A stretch of DNA of 64,000 bases from the human T2T-CHM13v2.0 reference genome, Homo sapiens, in assembly GCF_009914755.1 (NCBI RefSeq), contig NC_060927.1; one strand, 5' to 3'. Positions within the stretch are counted from its first letter, which is position 1; each line of letters begins with the position of its first letter. Below, in pieces: positions 39,501 to 54,775 of the stretch. The notes beneath the pieces are model-generated. The model did not search any database, was not told where the DNA came from, and saw only the letters and a list, made by a program, of their open reading frames with translations. The position numbers and the translations under genes were made by a program.

Positions 39501-40679
39501 GCTGCTGCTATTGTTGTTATAAGTACTATTATTGAATTTAATAACTCAAAAGAGCTAACTCTGCATAGAGAGATGTGCAGAATGCACGACAAAAAGACTT
39601 TAAAAAATAAAGATGTATGAATTAATAGGAAGACTTCTCAATCATGGCTAGAATTAAGATAGACAATGTGGAGATGTGTAAGAATTTTTATTCCAAGAAA
39701 AGGGCTTTAAGATATAAGATATCTACAGAATTGTTACAGTTTAAATTAGACATAATTACAGAAGATAGTTTTAATGTGATGCTGAAATATGACAAGTTAA
39801 CACAAGTCTGTGTATGTGAATTTGAAAAGTATATGATTTTTATGGCTTTTAAAAATTTTATTCATTGAATAATTCCTAAATGCCAGGCAACGCCCTTCTC
39901 CATGGCTGACAGCCTGACCAACTTGAGTTGATAATGAGACTCAAATAGAATGCAAATTGCCTGATATTGTCGCCTTCACCAATTCAACAATCATCCCAAT
40001 CCTGGGACTCTGAAATATTAATAAAATCTAATAAAGGACTCCAACATGCCCTACAGATGGAAAAGAAATGAAAAAATGTCATGCCTTCTCTGTGAATGCT
40101 TTGAAATGAAAAATCAAATGATCGGTGGGAGAGAGACACAGGACCAACAACTGACGGACTGTGGAATATTTTCAGAAGTTTTCTATTACTCCAGATCTAT
40201 TGCTGATAATTTTAAAAAGACAATATTGTCAATTTCATGTAATCATGTGTCACTGTACATATGGGAATATCTAGGTGCATAACGTGGTTGCCTTACTATA
40301 CTACATTGGTATCCACTTGAGAGTTCTTGGCTCTTGATTTTTATGCGAAAACATAGACCCAGTGTTTTCAATTTGATTCCTTAGCATGTCATCGGGAAGC
40401 CTTGATACTTTGCAATAAACTGCCAAAATACCATACTGCACTTATATGTACACAAAGGCACAATGTATTATTTAATATTGTTTTTAAAAAGAAAAATATA
40501 TAGTTACCATGGTATTGGAATGAGCAACAATTGAGATCCTGCTGTTCAGTGGGTAAAATGCCCTGCTTCACACATAATAAATAGCAAACCCTCATTGTTT
40601 GTCATCTTGTAGCTCATTGTCCTGATAATTTCTCAAGTGGAAGTAAATTAATCCATCCCCCCCTTTAAAGGATATAGTA

Positions 40680-40900
40680 GGCTGGAATAGAAAGAGCAGT
40701 GGGTTTGAAGTTAAAAGAGCCTAATCTAATCCACTTGCCAGCTATGTGAACTTGAATAAGGCGTAGTTTTTGAATCTGTAAAATAGAAGTAAAACCATCG
40801 ATCCTGCCTGCCTCCCTGTGAGACGCACGCTGAGAATCAAATGTGATTGCACATATGGACTGTTTTGTAAAATAGGAAGCATGGTACAAAGGTAAAGTAC
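40680..40900 (+). mobile_element. MIR
   Basis: ccacttgccagctatgtgaacttg...atctgtaaaatag...tcaaatgtgattg. Confidence 0.65.
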
Positions 40901-40946
40901 TATTGGGTGGGGCAAGGGACATCTACATTGTCTGTCACTAGGGTGC

Positions 40947-40966
40947 AGACATGTCTGAGCATGTCT
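40947..40966. promoter_or_regulatory. Consensus p53-family response element, zero spacer
   Basis: AGACATGTCT GAGCATGTCT is a 20/20 match to RRRCWWGYYY x2 with both cores CATG; function is inferred. Confidence 0.7.
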
Positions 40967-41717
40967 ACTGGATGTTGGATCAATCCTCTCAGGAGTCTAT
41001 TTGCATAAGAGACATAGTGTCTGCTTGAGTAGAAGTTATAATAAGAGAGGACTGTGTCAGGCATGCCACTCTGGAGCCAGCAAAATTAAAAAATATATAT
41101 TTAGTCACTTGAGAAAAGAAATTATTTTGAAACCACTAGCAACAGCTCTCATTAGATTTATCTTCTGGCCCCACATTTTAGCCTCGTGTAATAGTCTCAT
41201 AGAAGGAGGGCAGGGGAAGGAGCTCTAAGGAAAAACTAGTACAGCATGTAAGGTATTAGGGTAGAAGCAGCAACTCTTAGAGACTATGTATAGAAAGTGA
41301 AACTGTAAATGCAGAGAGAGGCATTTTTCTCATGTGTTGCAATGGAACATCATTCAGCTTTGACAACTCAGATGTTCCAGTTTATCATTGACACGGTGGT
41401 ACCTGGCAGAACACATCTTCCCAGGTTATTACAAAGAATCTTGGCAAGCATCTGTGCAAGACCCTGGCAGGTGCCAAATCTATCTGATGTAGCGCAGTTC
41501 CCACGTAGGCAGGCTCCGCATCTCACAGCAACCTCTGCTTTAGTAGAACAGCCCTGACATCCAGGTTCAGGCTATCTGTAGCTATGTCTCTGCTATATGG
41601 ACCTGCCTTTTCTTATTGAAATCTATTATTTGTGGTAGACATCTGATCCAGGCAGAGAAAATAAGGTTTGCTTAAGTTACATTTAAAAGTAATCTAATTC
41701 GAATTTTTGAGTAAAGA

Positions 41718-42092
41718 TGTTGTAGGAAAATACAGGTTCTTGTCACACAATCAGAAAAGATTAGGCTCATGGACACACAGAAGGGTGAGAAAAATGGAAT
41801 TTATTGGGCAAAAAAAAGGAAAAGAGAAAAACTCTCAGCAGAGTGAGAGGGAAGCCTGTGAACTGGCTCCTGCCCCACCACATAGGAGCTCAAGAGGCTG
41901 GGTTCCCGGCAGGGAGCTTGCATGGCCCCACCCCATCCTCTGAGTGTGCAGGTGGGCATTATTCAGAAAGAATCAGTTGGGAAAGGGTGGACTTCATCTG
42001 GAGCCAGCAGTCCAGTTTTTCAACCTTCAGGCTGTTTTAGGCTTGAAGTTGAGGTTTTGCAGGGAGTCCTTGGCCTCCTCTTGCATCTATCA
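41718..42092 (-). mobile_element. MER61-like ERV1 solo LTR
   Basis: TG...CA ends; perfect 4-bp TSD aaga (41714-41717, 42093-42096); cagtccagtttttcaaccttcaggctgttttaggcttgaag. Confidence 0.8.
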
Positions 42093-42430
42093 AAGATAGA
42101 GAGATTGAAAGTCACCAAAGTGTCCTCACGTTAATATTAGGGCTCCAGAGTGCAGAGTCTTGTTACTAAATTTCTTGGGGCATGCCCAATTGTTCAGTTA
42201 TTCTCTTCGTTCTCAGTACAATGCTGGCATTCTTCTAATATAAATTTCATTTAAAATAATTAATTTGAATTTTGTCTGATCAAAAGAAGTTTAATACCTG
42301 TGGGAAGAGGACTTTACAGGTAATTAGACATTGACTTGGCAAGTCGGAGGAAAAGTCAGCGTAATATGAATCACTTATGACAATTTCTGTCATTTAACAG
42401 CCTGCAGTCATGTCTTTCAATGTAGTACAC

Positions 42431-42841
42431 CATGATGGTTAATTTTATGTCGACTTGGCTGGGCCACATTGCCCAGATGTTTGGTCAAACATTATCCTGG
42501 ATGTTTCTTTGAAGGCGTTTTTTTGGATGAGATTCACATTCATATCAGTGGACTCTGAGTAAGGCAGATTGCCCTCCATAATGGAGGCACAATGGTGGGC
42601 CTCATCCAATCAGTTGAAGGCCTGAATAGAACAAAGACTACCCTCCCCTGAATAACAAGGAATTCTTCCATCACACTGCCTGTGTCCTCAGACTTCAACT
42701 CTTCCCTGGTCTCTAGCCTGCTCACTCCTTCTCCTGGAGATTTTTAACTTGCACCTCTACAATCCTGTGAGCCAATTCCTTAGAATAAAATCTTTATTTC
42801 TCTCTCTCTCTCTCTCTCTCTCTCCCTTTCTCTCTCTCTCT

Positions 42842-42888
<47 letters not shown>

Positions 42889-42955
42889 ACTCTCTCTCTT
42901 GCTCGCTGTCTCTCGGTTTGTGGGTTTGTTTCTCTGGAGAGCCCTGAATAATACA
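42431..42955 (+). mobile_element. MLT2 ERVL solo LTR
   Basis: tgatggttaattttatgtcgacttggc...tctctggagagccctgaataataca; TSD tacac/tacat. Confidence 0.88.
42799..42886. repeat. Compound microsatellite (TC)n-(TG)15
   Basis: Seen directly; lies inside the MLT2 LTR. Confidence 0.95.
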
Positions 42956-43164
42956 TACATTGTTACCTAACAAGTTGGCAGAGTTATCCAGCACCTCCAA
43001 AATATCAGTTCTCAGCCTCTTTGTTGTAAGTTTGGTGAGGATCAACAGGCAACAACGGAGTCAGAGTATTAAAAATAAATAGTAGATTTTATAAAACCCT
43101 CAGGCTCTCTTATCTGTACTGCAGACTGGAATGTGATCTCTTCATGAGTGAGTGTGCACCCATA

Positions 43165-44151
43165 TGCATTTCCAATTTCTATAGTAACAAATTACCAGAA
43201 ATGTATTGGTTTCATGTTACTGCTCTGGAGACCAGAATTCTAAAATTTTTCTGCAAGGCTTTGTTTCTTCTGGAATCTCTAGGGGAGAATCTGTTTCTTC
43301 TCTTTCCAGCTTCTAGAGGCCACCTCCATTCACTGGCTCATGGCCCCTTCCTGGTGTCATTCTGACATCTACTTCTGTCATCACATCTTCTTTTTTGACT
43401 CTGACCCCCTTGCCTCCCTCTTATAAGGTCCCTCTGTGATCACATTGAACCCATATGAATAACCCAGGATTAGCTCCCTATCTCAAGATCCTTAACTTCC
43501 TCACATCTCCAAAGTCCCTGTATTAGAAGCGTTTAAACCAGAACAACTCCATCTTGAATAGGAGCTGGGTAAAATAAGGCTGAGACCTACTGGGCTGCAT
43601 CCCCAGACGGTTAAGGCATTCTCAGTCACAGGATGAGATAGGAGGTCGGCACAAGATACAGGTCATAAGACCTTGCTGATAAAACAGGTTGCAAAGAAGC
43701 CAGCTAAAACCCACCAAAACCAAGATGGTGACAAGAGTAACCTCTGGTCATCCTCACTGCTACACTCCCATCAGCGCTATGACAGTTTGCAAATGCCATG
43801 GCAACCTTAGGAAATTACCCTATGTGGTCTAAAAAAGGGGGGACATGAATAATCCACCCCTTGTTTAGCATATCATCAAGAAATAACCATAAAAATGGGC
43901 AACTAGCAGCCCTCAGTTCTGCTGTGCCATTTTTTTATTCCTTTATTTTCCTAATAAACTTACTTTCATTTTACTCTATGGACTCACCCTGAATTCTTTC
44001 TTGCATAAGATCCAAGAACCCTCTTTTGGAGTCTGAATTAGGACCCCTTTCCTGCAACACCTATGCCATGCAAAGTTAACAACCCACATACTGTGGATTA
44101 GGATATGGGTTGCCCCCCTTTGAAATATGGGGTCATTATTTTGCCTGCCAC
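43165..44151 (-). mobile_element. MLT1 (C/D-like) LTR split by MER41
   Basis: cacatctccaaagtccc|MER41|tgccatgcaaag...cattattttgcctgccaca. Confidence 0.8.
43521..44059 (+). mobile_element. MER41 (MER41A-like) ERV1 solo LTR
   Basis: gcgtttaaaccagaacaactccatcttgaatagg...ggacccctttcctgcaaca; TSD cctg/ccta; lacks the GAS segment of the first copy. Confidence 0.9.
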
Positions 44152-44679
44152 AGTGCCCCATATAAAACGGTGGTCCTCCATGGATATTATGGCTCAGAAA
44201 AAAAATTGAGGACTACTTTTTTCTGGAAGGCAAAGAAGAGAGAATCCATTAATTTTTTTGTCCTATATCGTGTTCAAAATTTAGACCCAAAAGCTTCCTC
44301 TCTCCTAATTTAGGATGACAGAAGTAATGAAAAAATATCAAAAGACAGAAGAAATATTTCTAAGAGTGTAGATTACTAATTACTAAGAATAAGTACATGA
44401 ACACAAGAAACAGAGCCTCTGTTCATGTGGAAACTAAATTGTTAGTAAAGGGAGAGAAATAATAAACACCATAAATTGGGATACATTTCGAGGGTGGAAC
44501 TGACAGAATTTGTCGGTAAATTAGACATGGAGAGTAAGAGGAAGGGAAAGATTATGGCTCCAGTCTTACTCAAGCATCTATATGCAAGGCACAGCACCAG
44601 GGACTACAAACACCCTGATGGTAAGGTGGAGATCAAATCACCCTTCAATAATCAAAGTTTATCAGGGTCTTGCTATGAA

Positions 44680-45430
44680 CAGGAGCAAATCAGCCAATGG
44701 CCAATGCATGTTTGAAGAGATGCTTAAACTCACTGCTCATCACAGTAATGTAAATTAAAATTATGAGACAATTTTTTTCATAAAATTGGAAAGAAAATAA
44801 ATAGTAAAAATTAACAGTATGATGAAGGTGCCTGAAAGGCTATCTCAGTCATTAGCTGTGTTTCAAAAGAGACATCAAATCTTATATTATTGAAGTTGTA
44901 GGGAAGCAGATACTTTCCACTTATTTTTGGAGAGATTGGAGATTGGTTTTAGCTTTTCAGAGAAAAATATGTTTCTATGTCTCTTAAAATTAAGAAAAAA
45001 AATCCATTAAGGAGGCTCAGCCATTACACATTTAAATATGAAAGAAAATTACGGAGGTGTACAAAGAGTAGATTCAGAGGGTTCACTAGAGTATCATTTA
45101 TAATAGAAAAAAATCAGACCAAATTTAAACAGTTTTTAAGAGAATATTGATTAAATGGACTGTCTGTATCCATATAACAAATATTCTTAATAAAAAGGAG
45201 TTAAAACACATAGGTGAGCAAAAATAGACTTAGTATTATATAACTTATGCCCAGAGTCTTTACAAAACAAAACTACATACATCCTTTTGTTCACATATAA
45301 GTAGGATATGAGTTCTGTTAAGGATGGAAAGCCACAGAGAGCATTTTCCTTACCTATATTCCTTAATTATTGTAAAATGATATTGTATCAATGTTGCATT
45401 TGTATAATTGAAAATTAAAATGATGACAAA
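44680..45430 (+). mobile_element. Ancient L1M(E) ORF2-end and 3'UTR relic
   Basis: aagagatgcttaaactcact...aatgtaaattaaaa; A-rich and heavily degenerate. Confidence 0.55.
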
Positions 45431-45599
45431 AATAAAAAGGAGTTGAGTGGTTCAGTAGGAACAATGGATAGCAAAGACTTACTGTGCTGCACGGCTTTAC
45501 ATTTTTGCCAAAGCTTCGCTCACTGGGTAAGCCCCCAATTCTCCTGATCATTTGTTGCTTTTCCTGTTGATGTGAAAATCAGGCATTTTTTCAGACAAA

Positions 45600-46930
45600 A
45601 GGCAGTAGAACATCTTTGAAATGAAAAGCGACATAATGGCGCAATACTTAAGGGTTTTATTCAACTATAAGATCAATATAAATCAACACTATGATGAGGT
45701 TTCTTGCAATGCCTGCCTTCATCACTAACTACATTAAAAGAGACATCGAATCTTAAAAAAGGGAAGAAAGAGAACTCTACTCCATGCTGCTTACACAGTA
45801 TCTGCAGTGTTATATCAAGGTGTGCACACTATATTTGAATCATGTGCAAAGAAAGAAAGCATGGCTATTAAAGGGCTTGAAACAATGTCCTATGGTTAAT
45901 AGTGAAATGAACAGGGAGGCATTTAACCAGGAGAAAAAAGTACTCAAATGACATATGATGGTTGACTTTAAGCATTTTAAGACTGCTACATAGAGGACAA
46001 AAGGAGCTCATTCTGTTGACTTGCAAAATACAGAAACTAAGAACTACTGTTTCACAAAACACTGACATGTACATTGTTTCTCATTCTTGTGAGATATTAT
46101 TGTCCTGTTTGACAGCTGTGTCAGAGACCAAAAAAGTTTGTGTTTCCTTTTTCCATAATGTTATCTCTGAGAAGTGGCCACCAGCCAGGGACTACATTCC
46201 CTAGCCCCACTGAGCTGTGGCCCCACGATTGTGTTCCAGTGAATGGAACAGTAGTGGAAAAATTGGGACCCACTTCCACAGGCGACACATTTACACACAC
46301 ACACACACATCTCCTATGCAAATGCTTTCATATGCTTTTTCTCTTTCGGTTAGCGAGAATGAAGAAGAGTTGTAGTACAAACTAGGAAACCAAAGCTAAT
46401 TATAATGGAGGCTCCATCAGCCTGGATCCTTGATGGACTGCAAGGAAGAGGGCAGCCCTACCAACTTGTTAATCCACTTTGTAGTATTATATACTAATAA
46501 TTCAACTTCTATTGAGGCCGAGCCATTATACACTTTGAAGTCTATTGTCAAAGCAGTTAATTCATTGAACAGATTCAGAAAGTAAAACTCAGCAGGTAAG
46601 TGTTGAGTCTGAAAACAATTACACTATCAAGAGGTTCAATTAAACTCAAACCCAGGCCATCTTATTCTGCATCCAAAACCTTTTCTCTTGTACCATCCTG
46701 CTATACAACAGAAGTAGAATCAATGTTATAAATAAAAAGGACAGAGATTATGGCTCAACATAAAAGAACTCTGTAACAGGCCTATTCTTGCATTTCTTTA
46801 AGAGGCAATGTGTTCTCCATCGCAAGAGGTGTTCGAAAGGAAACATTAGAGAAAGAATCCAACAGCGGATGAGTGTCAGAGGTAGATGATTTAATATTTC
46901 TTACGACCTCAGATTCCATGATTCTGTGCA
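45600..46930 (+). mobile_element. CR1/L3 LINE 3' relic in two pieces (~45600-46040 and ~46720-46930)
   Basis: RT C-terminal-like DNA (cttgaaacaatgtcctatg...tttaaccaggagaaaa...tttaagcattttaag) and CR1 terminus gattccatgattctgtg. Confidence 0.65.
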
Positions 46931-47730
46931 CACTTGAAGCACTCAGATGATGTTTATTACACAAACACTATGTACTCAGTAGCAATTTGGGAGCCCTGTG
47001 GTCTCCTTAACAAGGTATAATGGGAGTGCTAGGAACTGAGCCAGAAAAAAAAATGAATGAGAACTTTCACTAGAACAAGGTCCAACAAATGTTTCATTTG
47101 GAAAGGTTGGTAAGATTGAGATTGACAAGGAACTTGATTAAAAACATATAAATGATTCTTTGAACAAATAAAATTCTTGGATAATTCATTGACTATGGAA
47201 GAGCTTACACAAATATAAGAACCCATGCTTATGACTATTTGTTGATCTCACTGCGATAATGTTCACCTCCAGAGGACCAGGAGACCATGAGTAAGGAGGT
47301 AAAATGTCAGAGCAGATTTCTTTGGTTGATAATGGGTGGGGTGACATGGGGATGAGGGCTGTAGGAGGCAGATGGTGATTTCAAGTTTGAGTAGCTTGTC
47401 AAGAGGTTCTTATAACACATACGGGGTTGGGTTTGAGCTAGAAAAATAGCAAGTTCATTTGTTCTCACAACTCCTACCCTCCAGTAAAGCTGACTATGGC
47501 TGCCACTTCTGCTTCCACTTTGTTTCCTAGAGGGCAAAACCAAAAAAGAATAGAAGAGGAAGAAAGAGGGTATTGAGGTATGCATAAAGTAGACGTAGCT
47601 CAAGTTCAGGTGACTAAGATTTTTGACTTAAACAGTTATTGGCGTTTGTCTAGACCTCCCCCAATAAAGAGATAGATGCCAAAACTTTGAGTTATTTATG
47701 CCAGTGCTATATCAAAATTCTGAAGTGATT

Positions 47731-49960
<2,230 letters not shown>

Positions 49961-51969
49961 ATGATGACTAGCTCCAGTGGTCTCAAGGCAGATGGAATAA
50001 AGAGGCTTCTAGTATTGAGGGGGAAAAGGGATGAAGAAGGCCCTTGCCAGAAAGAAGAATTCCGTGGTTCCCACTTAGCCAATGCCATTGGAGACAACAC
50101 ACCCTGCTGAAGGATGATCTTCCTCTGAGGTTGTAGACACCTGCTTGGCCTTTGCTGAATGGAGCTTTTTTAGAGTTGGGTTTTCTTTTTAGCATAGGCA
50201 CTCTCCAGGCCTACGCATATAGCAGCCTGCAAGTGGGGTGTTATCACAAAGGCATATTTAACTCAGTGTAACTAACTGATAGTGGAACATCAGAAAAAAG
50301 GAAGAACATCAGAAAGAGAGAAATATACCCAAATAAACTAATTGCAAGGAATAAAATATGGGTTTAGTTGACAGATATGTTGGTCAGTGTGCAAAAAAAA
50401 AGGTAGAATAGTCCATTATAATAGTTTATTATACCTGCCAGCTTCCTTGTTTTGGCCATTTGTTTACTCTCCGTTTTTGACACCTGCCTCAATTACTTGT
50501 TGTGACTCTGTCGATTCTGATGTTGCAATAAACCTAAACATTATGACTAAAACTAAATATTTTGTGCTTTTTTTCTTCTTTGCCTCATACTAAACTCAGC
50601 CAGAAGCTGAACACTCTCATGAGAGTTCCCAGTATGATGGAGAAAAGAAAAAAATATGACAAGCACTGCTTGTCAATAGAGAAGCAAAATAGAACATGCC
50701 TTTTTTGGGGGGCCAGAAGTGCCACCTTTAGATGTTAAATATCATCCCTTCGGTCAAAAAAGATGCTGAAAATCTTTCTAACTCTTTCAAACTGTGCTTT
50801 CATCAAACTGTCAGGACTTCCATAGATAGCTGAAATTCCAAATCAAAAACCTAGCAAGCAGTTTCATCGTCTGTGTTCAAATCTCAGTGGGACTTTATAG
50901 CACTTTCCTTGGGAGCAAAATTCATGTGTCTGAAGCTCAGCTTACATTTCATGTTGAAAAATTGCAATGAATACAATGAAGTTTCTTACTGCTACATAAA
51001 ATTGAAGCACCAAAGAGAACAGTGTGTATTTCACAATGTTTGATATAGTATTTGATCATAACTTGAGGGAATCAATGAACCTTCAAGAAGAAACTCTTGG
51101 GGATCCTCATGCAGCAAATTCAATCATTTGTTCATCAACTCATTACATTTCTATTGTACACTAGCCATGTGCTGGGCTCATCCTAAGGAACTAAACAGGC
51201 TCTTAAAATGACGGTCTGTAGGCGTAAAACCTTTTCCATTTTAATAAGTAAATATAAGAAAAATACAACTCATGAACTAGGTATTTCCCAGGTTTAATTC
51301 AGAACATCATAGTGTCAAAAATTGTAGTTACTAATTGTGCATCAAAACAACAATGCCAAAAAAAGAGATAACAATCTTTTTTGTTCTTGAAAAACTAGCA
51401 GATTAATGTATTTTGCTACTTAGATATTATCAGAAGTATCGACCAGACTACTTTAAGCAACAAAATGACAACAAAAAATCAAAGAGTATATTGGCGAACG
51501 GAACTGAGAAATTCAGTACACAGAACTTCAGGCACAGCTTGATCCAGAAAATCAGCATTCTTTTTCTCTTCCTAAACTTCTCAGCCTTTCTCTCCACAGT
51601 GTCTTATCCTTATTTTCCCCAACTATTAGTACATTTCTTTTAAGAAAATCTGGAAGAAAGCTTCTGAGAACTCCTGGCTCAAATCATCACAAATTAGAAT
51701 ACAACATTAAGAAAAAAGTGTATTCCCTCTCACCTGCTGCCATCATCTACATATCAATCTCAGGAAAGATGCTAATTTCACCTCTGTGAGTTATCTTCTT
51801 AACTTTAGACCAATCACTTTTCCCAGGGGATGAGATATTAGCTAAGCCAAAGACTTTGTAGCCAGAAGTGGCCAATGGACTGTGATTGATATCTCTTCAG
51901 AAGCAAGGGAGTAGTTAGTACCCCCAAAAGGAATGATGATGAGGAGAAAATAAAAGCAACATATATTCA

Positions 51970-52380
51970 CTATGCCCAACCTGGCAACAAGAATTGAAGT
52001 AACCTATATATCTAACAGATGAAATTATTTATGGTACAGCTAAACAGCAGACTGCTATGCAGATACTATAATTATCTTGCAAAAATATGTCATATCATGA
52101 AAAATGTTCACAACACATGGTTAGGTTTAAAAAGTAGCTTATTAAACAGTAGATCTAATAGAATACTATTTGGATAACACTTTTGTATTACAAGATGAAA
52201 AATCTATATATTATTATGTATGCAGAGAAAAAATACTATAAGGAAATACACTGAAATGCTAATTGTGGCCATCCTTTGGAGGCAATGTTATAGGGATATT
52301 TTGTTGTTAGTTGTGCATAATTATGTTAACTACTTTTTCATAATAAAATGTATTACTTTTGAAATCAAAGAAAGAAAAAA
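51970..52380 (+). mobile_element. Ancient L1ME 3'UTR relic
   Basis: ttatggtaca...ctgctatgcag...aggaaatacactgaaatgctaattgtgg. Confidence 0.55.
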
Positions 52381-53791
52381 CTATCATGTGGAAATATACA
52401 CCTAGGAGTTTGGATTTATTTCCAAAGGAAAATGTCGTGGTGATAGATTCCTTGCAATAATTTTCATAGACACACAACACGAGTGTGTATTAGTTCCTCC
52501 TGAGGTAGAATCACAAAGTATTTGCTCTTAGGCTCTTGATCTGAGCCCTGAGGAATCACATTTTCAGTTTTATTCCAGGCATGTTTCAGAAATGGCAAGA
52601 TGAGATGAAAGAAAGATTAGAGTCATGTCTAAAAATTGGCTTTACTAGGGCAAGTAAGTCCTTCCTGTATAGTGAATTGTCATTTTGAACTGTAAGACAT
52701 TTTTTTGAAGAATTCTTTAACCACAAAAACAAAGATTTTCTTTTTGTCGTTTTATAGTCTCAATTTCAGCAAAATATAGTGCATATAATAACAAACAGAT
52801 GGAGGAAACAAAACAACAAAATATTCAGTGTTAGGCCAGCACTGATTAAAGCTTAATATTTTGTCTGGGGGTCTAAAATAATCTTTTCAGAGAAAGTAGT
52901 TGTCAAGGCAGCTGGTGTAAAACTGTTTATTCTTTTTGTCATCTTGTAGAGATGTTAAAGCTTCCCTATTGCAGTATAATGCTTTTAAATCCATAAACGA
53001 TCCAAGGTTTTAAAAGATGTACATATATTAGATCTGAATTTGTTCGAATTATTTATAAAGTGGAGAGATGGTTAGCATTAATGAAATGATCCTTTCAGTC
53101 CTTGCAAATTGTTCCCATACCTCTTTCTCATACTGAAATATTTACTGAGTTTCTGTGATGTCACTGAGTTGGTTGCTATGGGAAACCCATACAAGATCAG
53201 GAAGTGTTCTTATTTGTAGTAAGTTCATTCTATTCAAATTAGGTATCCTTTGGAATAGGAAACGTTTTCAGCCATTGTACATTATTGAACTTTTATTTTG
53301 TCTACCGTGTACAAAGTACCTGTGAGATGGGGATACAAAGGTAATGAAGTTATTTTTATACATATGAAGGTAATTATATTTTTAAAAGAATTACTATGTA
53401 ATGCAATGTAGCTAAGATAATAATGCAAAAAAAACTTGCTATATGAGATTGGAGGAAGGAATTTGAAATGCATTTAGCTGCAAGTAACACAAAAGTCAAA
53501 CTACACTGACTTAGTTAAACAGATTTTTTTTTTCTTATGTAAGAATTGGAGATATAGTAATTAAGGACCAGTTCAATAGCTTAGTGCTGCCAGAAATGAT
53601 GCCTCCACTTTTCTCTTGGCCTTTTCCTAAGACTTAGCTCCTCTGAATTTCAAGATGGCTACTAGAAATCATATCCACATTGAAGGCAGAGAGAAGACAG
53701 AGGAAATGAAGTAGAAACAAATGGATCTTTTCCCTTTATCAAGAAAGCAAGAATTTTCTCAAAAATCCCAGCAGACCTTTCACTTACATCA

Positions 53792-54316
53792 TGTAGTGGA
53801 TATGTTTCCCTTCCCAAGTCTTTTTAGTCAATACTGGGGCAACCAGTGTCATGAAGTTGTGACCGAATAGCAGCCCATTTAGCTTCATTGTGTATCTAAC
53901 AGTTTCTGCCCAGGCATCATGAACACAGCTTATAGGAAACCTGTGGAAATCTGCCACTTATGGACAAACTGGAGCTATGAAAAATTAACAACCTATGAGA
54001 ACAGTCCTTGGCCAGTGGAGAAGAGAAGCCAATAAGTAAATTCTCGACCTTTTCATTTCTTGGGCAGATGATAGTGAGGCTTTGTCTATACAGTCCCTCA
54101 AATAATACCAGTGTAATGGGACCCCACTTGCCAACAATGATGATGATTTTAAAAATTCACAATTTGCAGGTTCCATAATTTTCTGTTTCTTTCTTAGAAA
54201 AAGAACTGTGTGAGTGAGAACTTATTTATGATCTCTGAGATTTCTTCCCAAGAATGTTTTCTGCACACAAATCCTTTTCTCGGGCTCTACTTTCTAAAGA
54301 AATTCAGACTATGACA
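53792..54316 (+). mobile_element. Old ERVL-type LTR nested in an MLT1 relic (~53450-54400)
   Basis: tgtagtgg start and ...cagactatgaca end; host MLT1 sequence cttacatc|tcattggcc is split. Confidence 0.5.
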
Positions 54317-54775
54317 CTTCTCATTGGCCAGGCCTGTTTTATATGACTGCTCTTTATTTCAAGGGAAGCTATCAGACTGAGTATCTAGTTGCAAACATTT
54401 TTATCTAATCAGGAAGTAGAAGTAAGAGGTATTGAGAGAAGATTTAACAGAGCAGGTTATGCTTAAATAGGTCTTTGTAGATTAACTAGGAGTTTTCAAG
54501 AAGTGAAGGGATAAGGAAGCTTTTACAAATTGTCTATGTGAAAGGATCAGCATGACCAGCACTGGAGAGAAGTGAAAGTATAAGGCTTATGCAACAAATG
54601 ACAAGCTGGCAGAAATTCCATTTGACTCAAACTATGAGTGAAAGAAAGAACAGAATCATAAGCACCAACAAAATGAGTCTGGACAAATAGAGGCAGGTCT
54701 CATTGGATGGGTCTTGTGGCTTTTCCATAACCTTTCCCCTTTAGACAATCTTGAATCTTTAACAAAGAGGTGGTT

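Noticed and set aside
50613-50626. Perfect 14-bp palindrome actctcatgagagt
   Set aside because: Several palindromes of this length are expected by chance in 64 kb.
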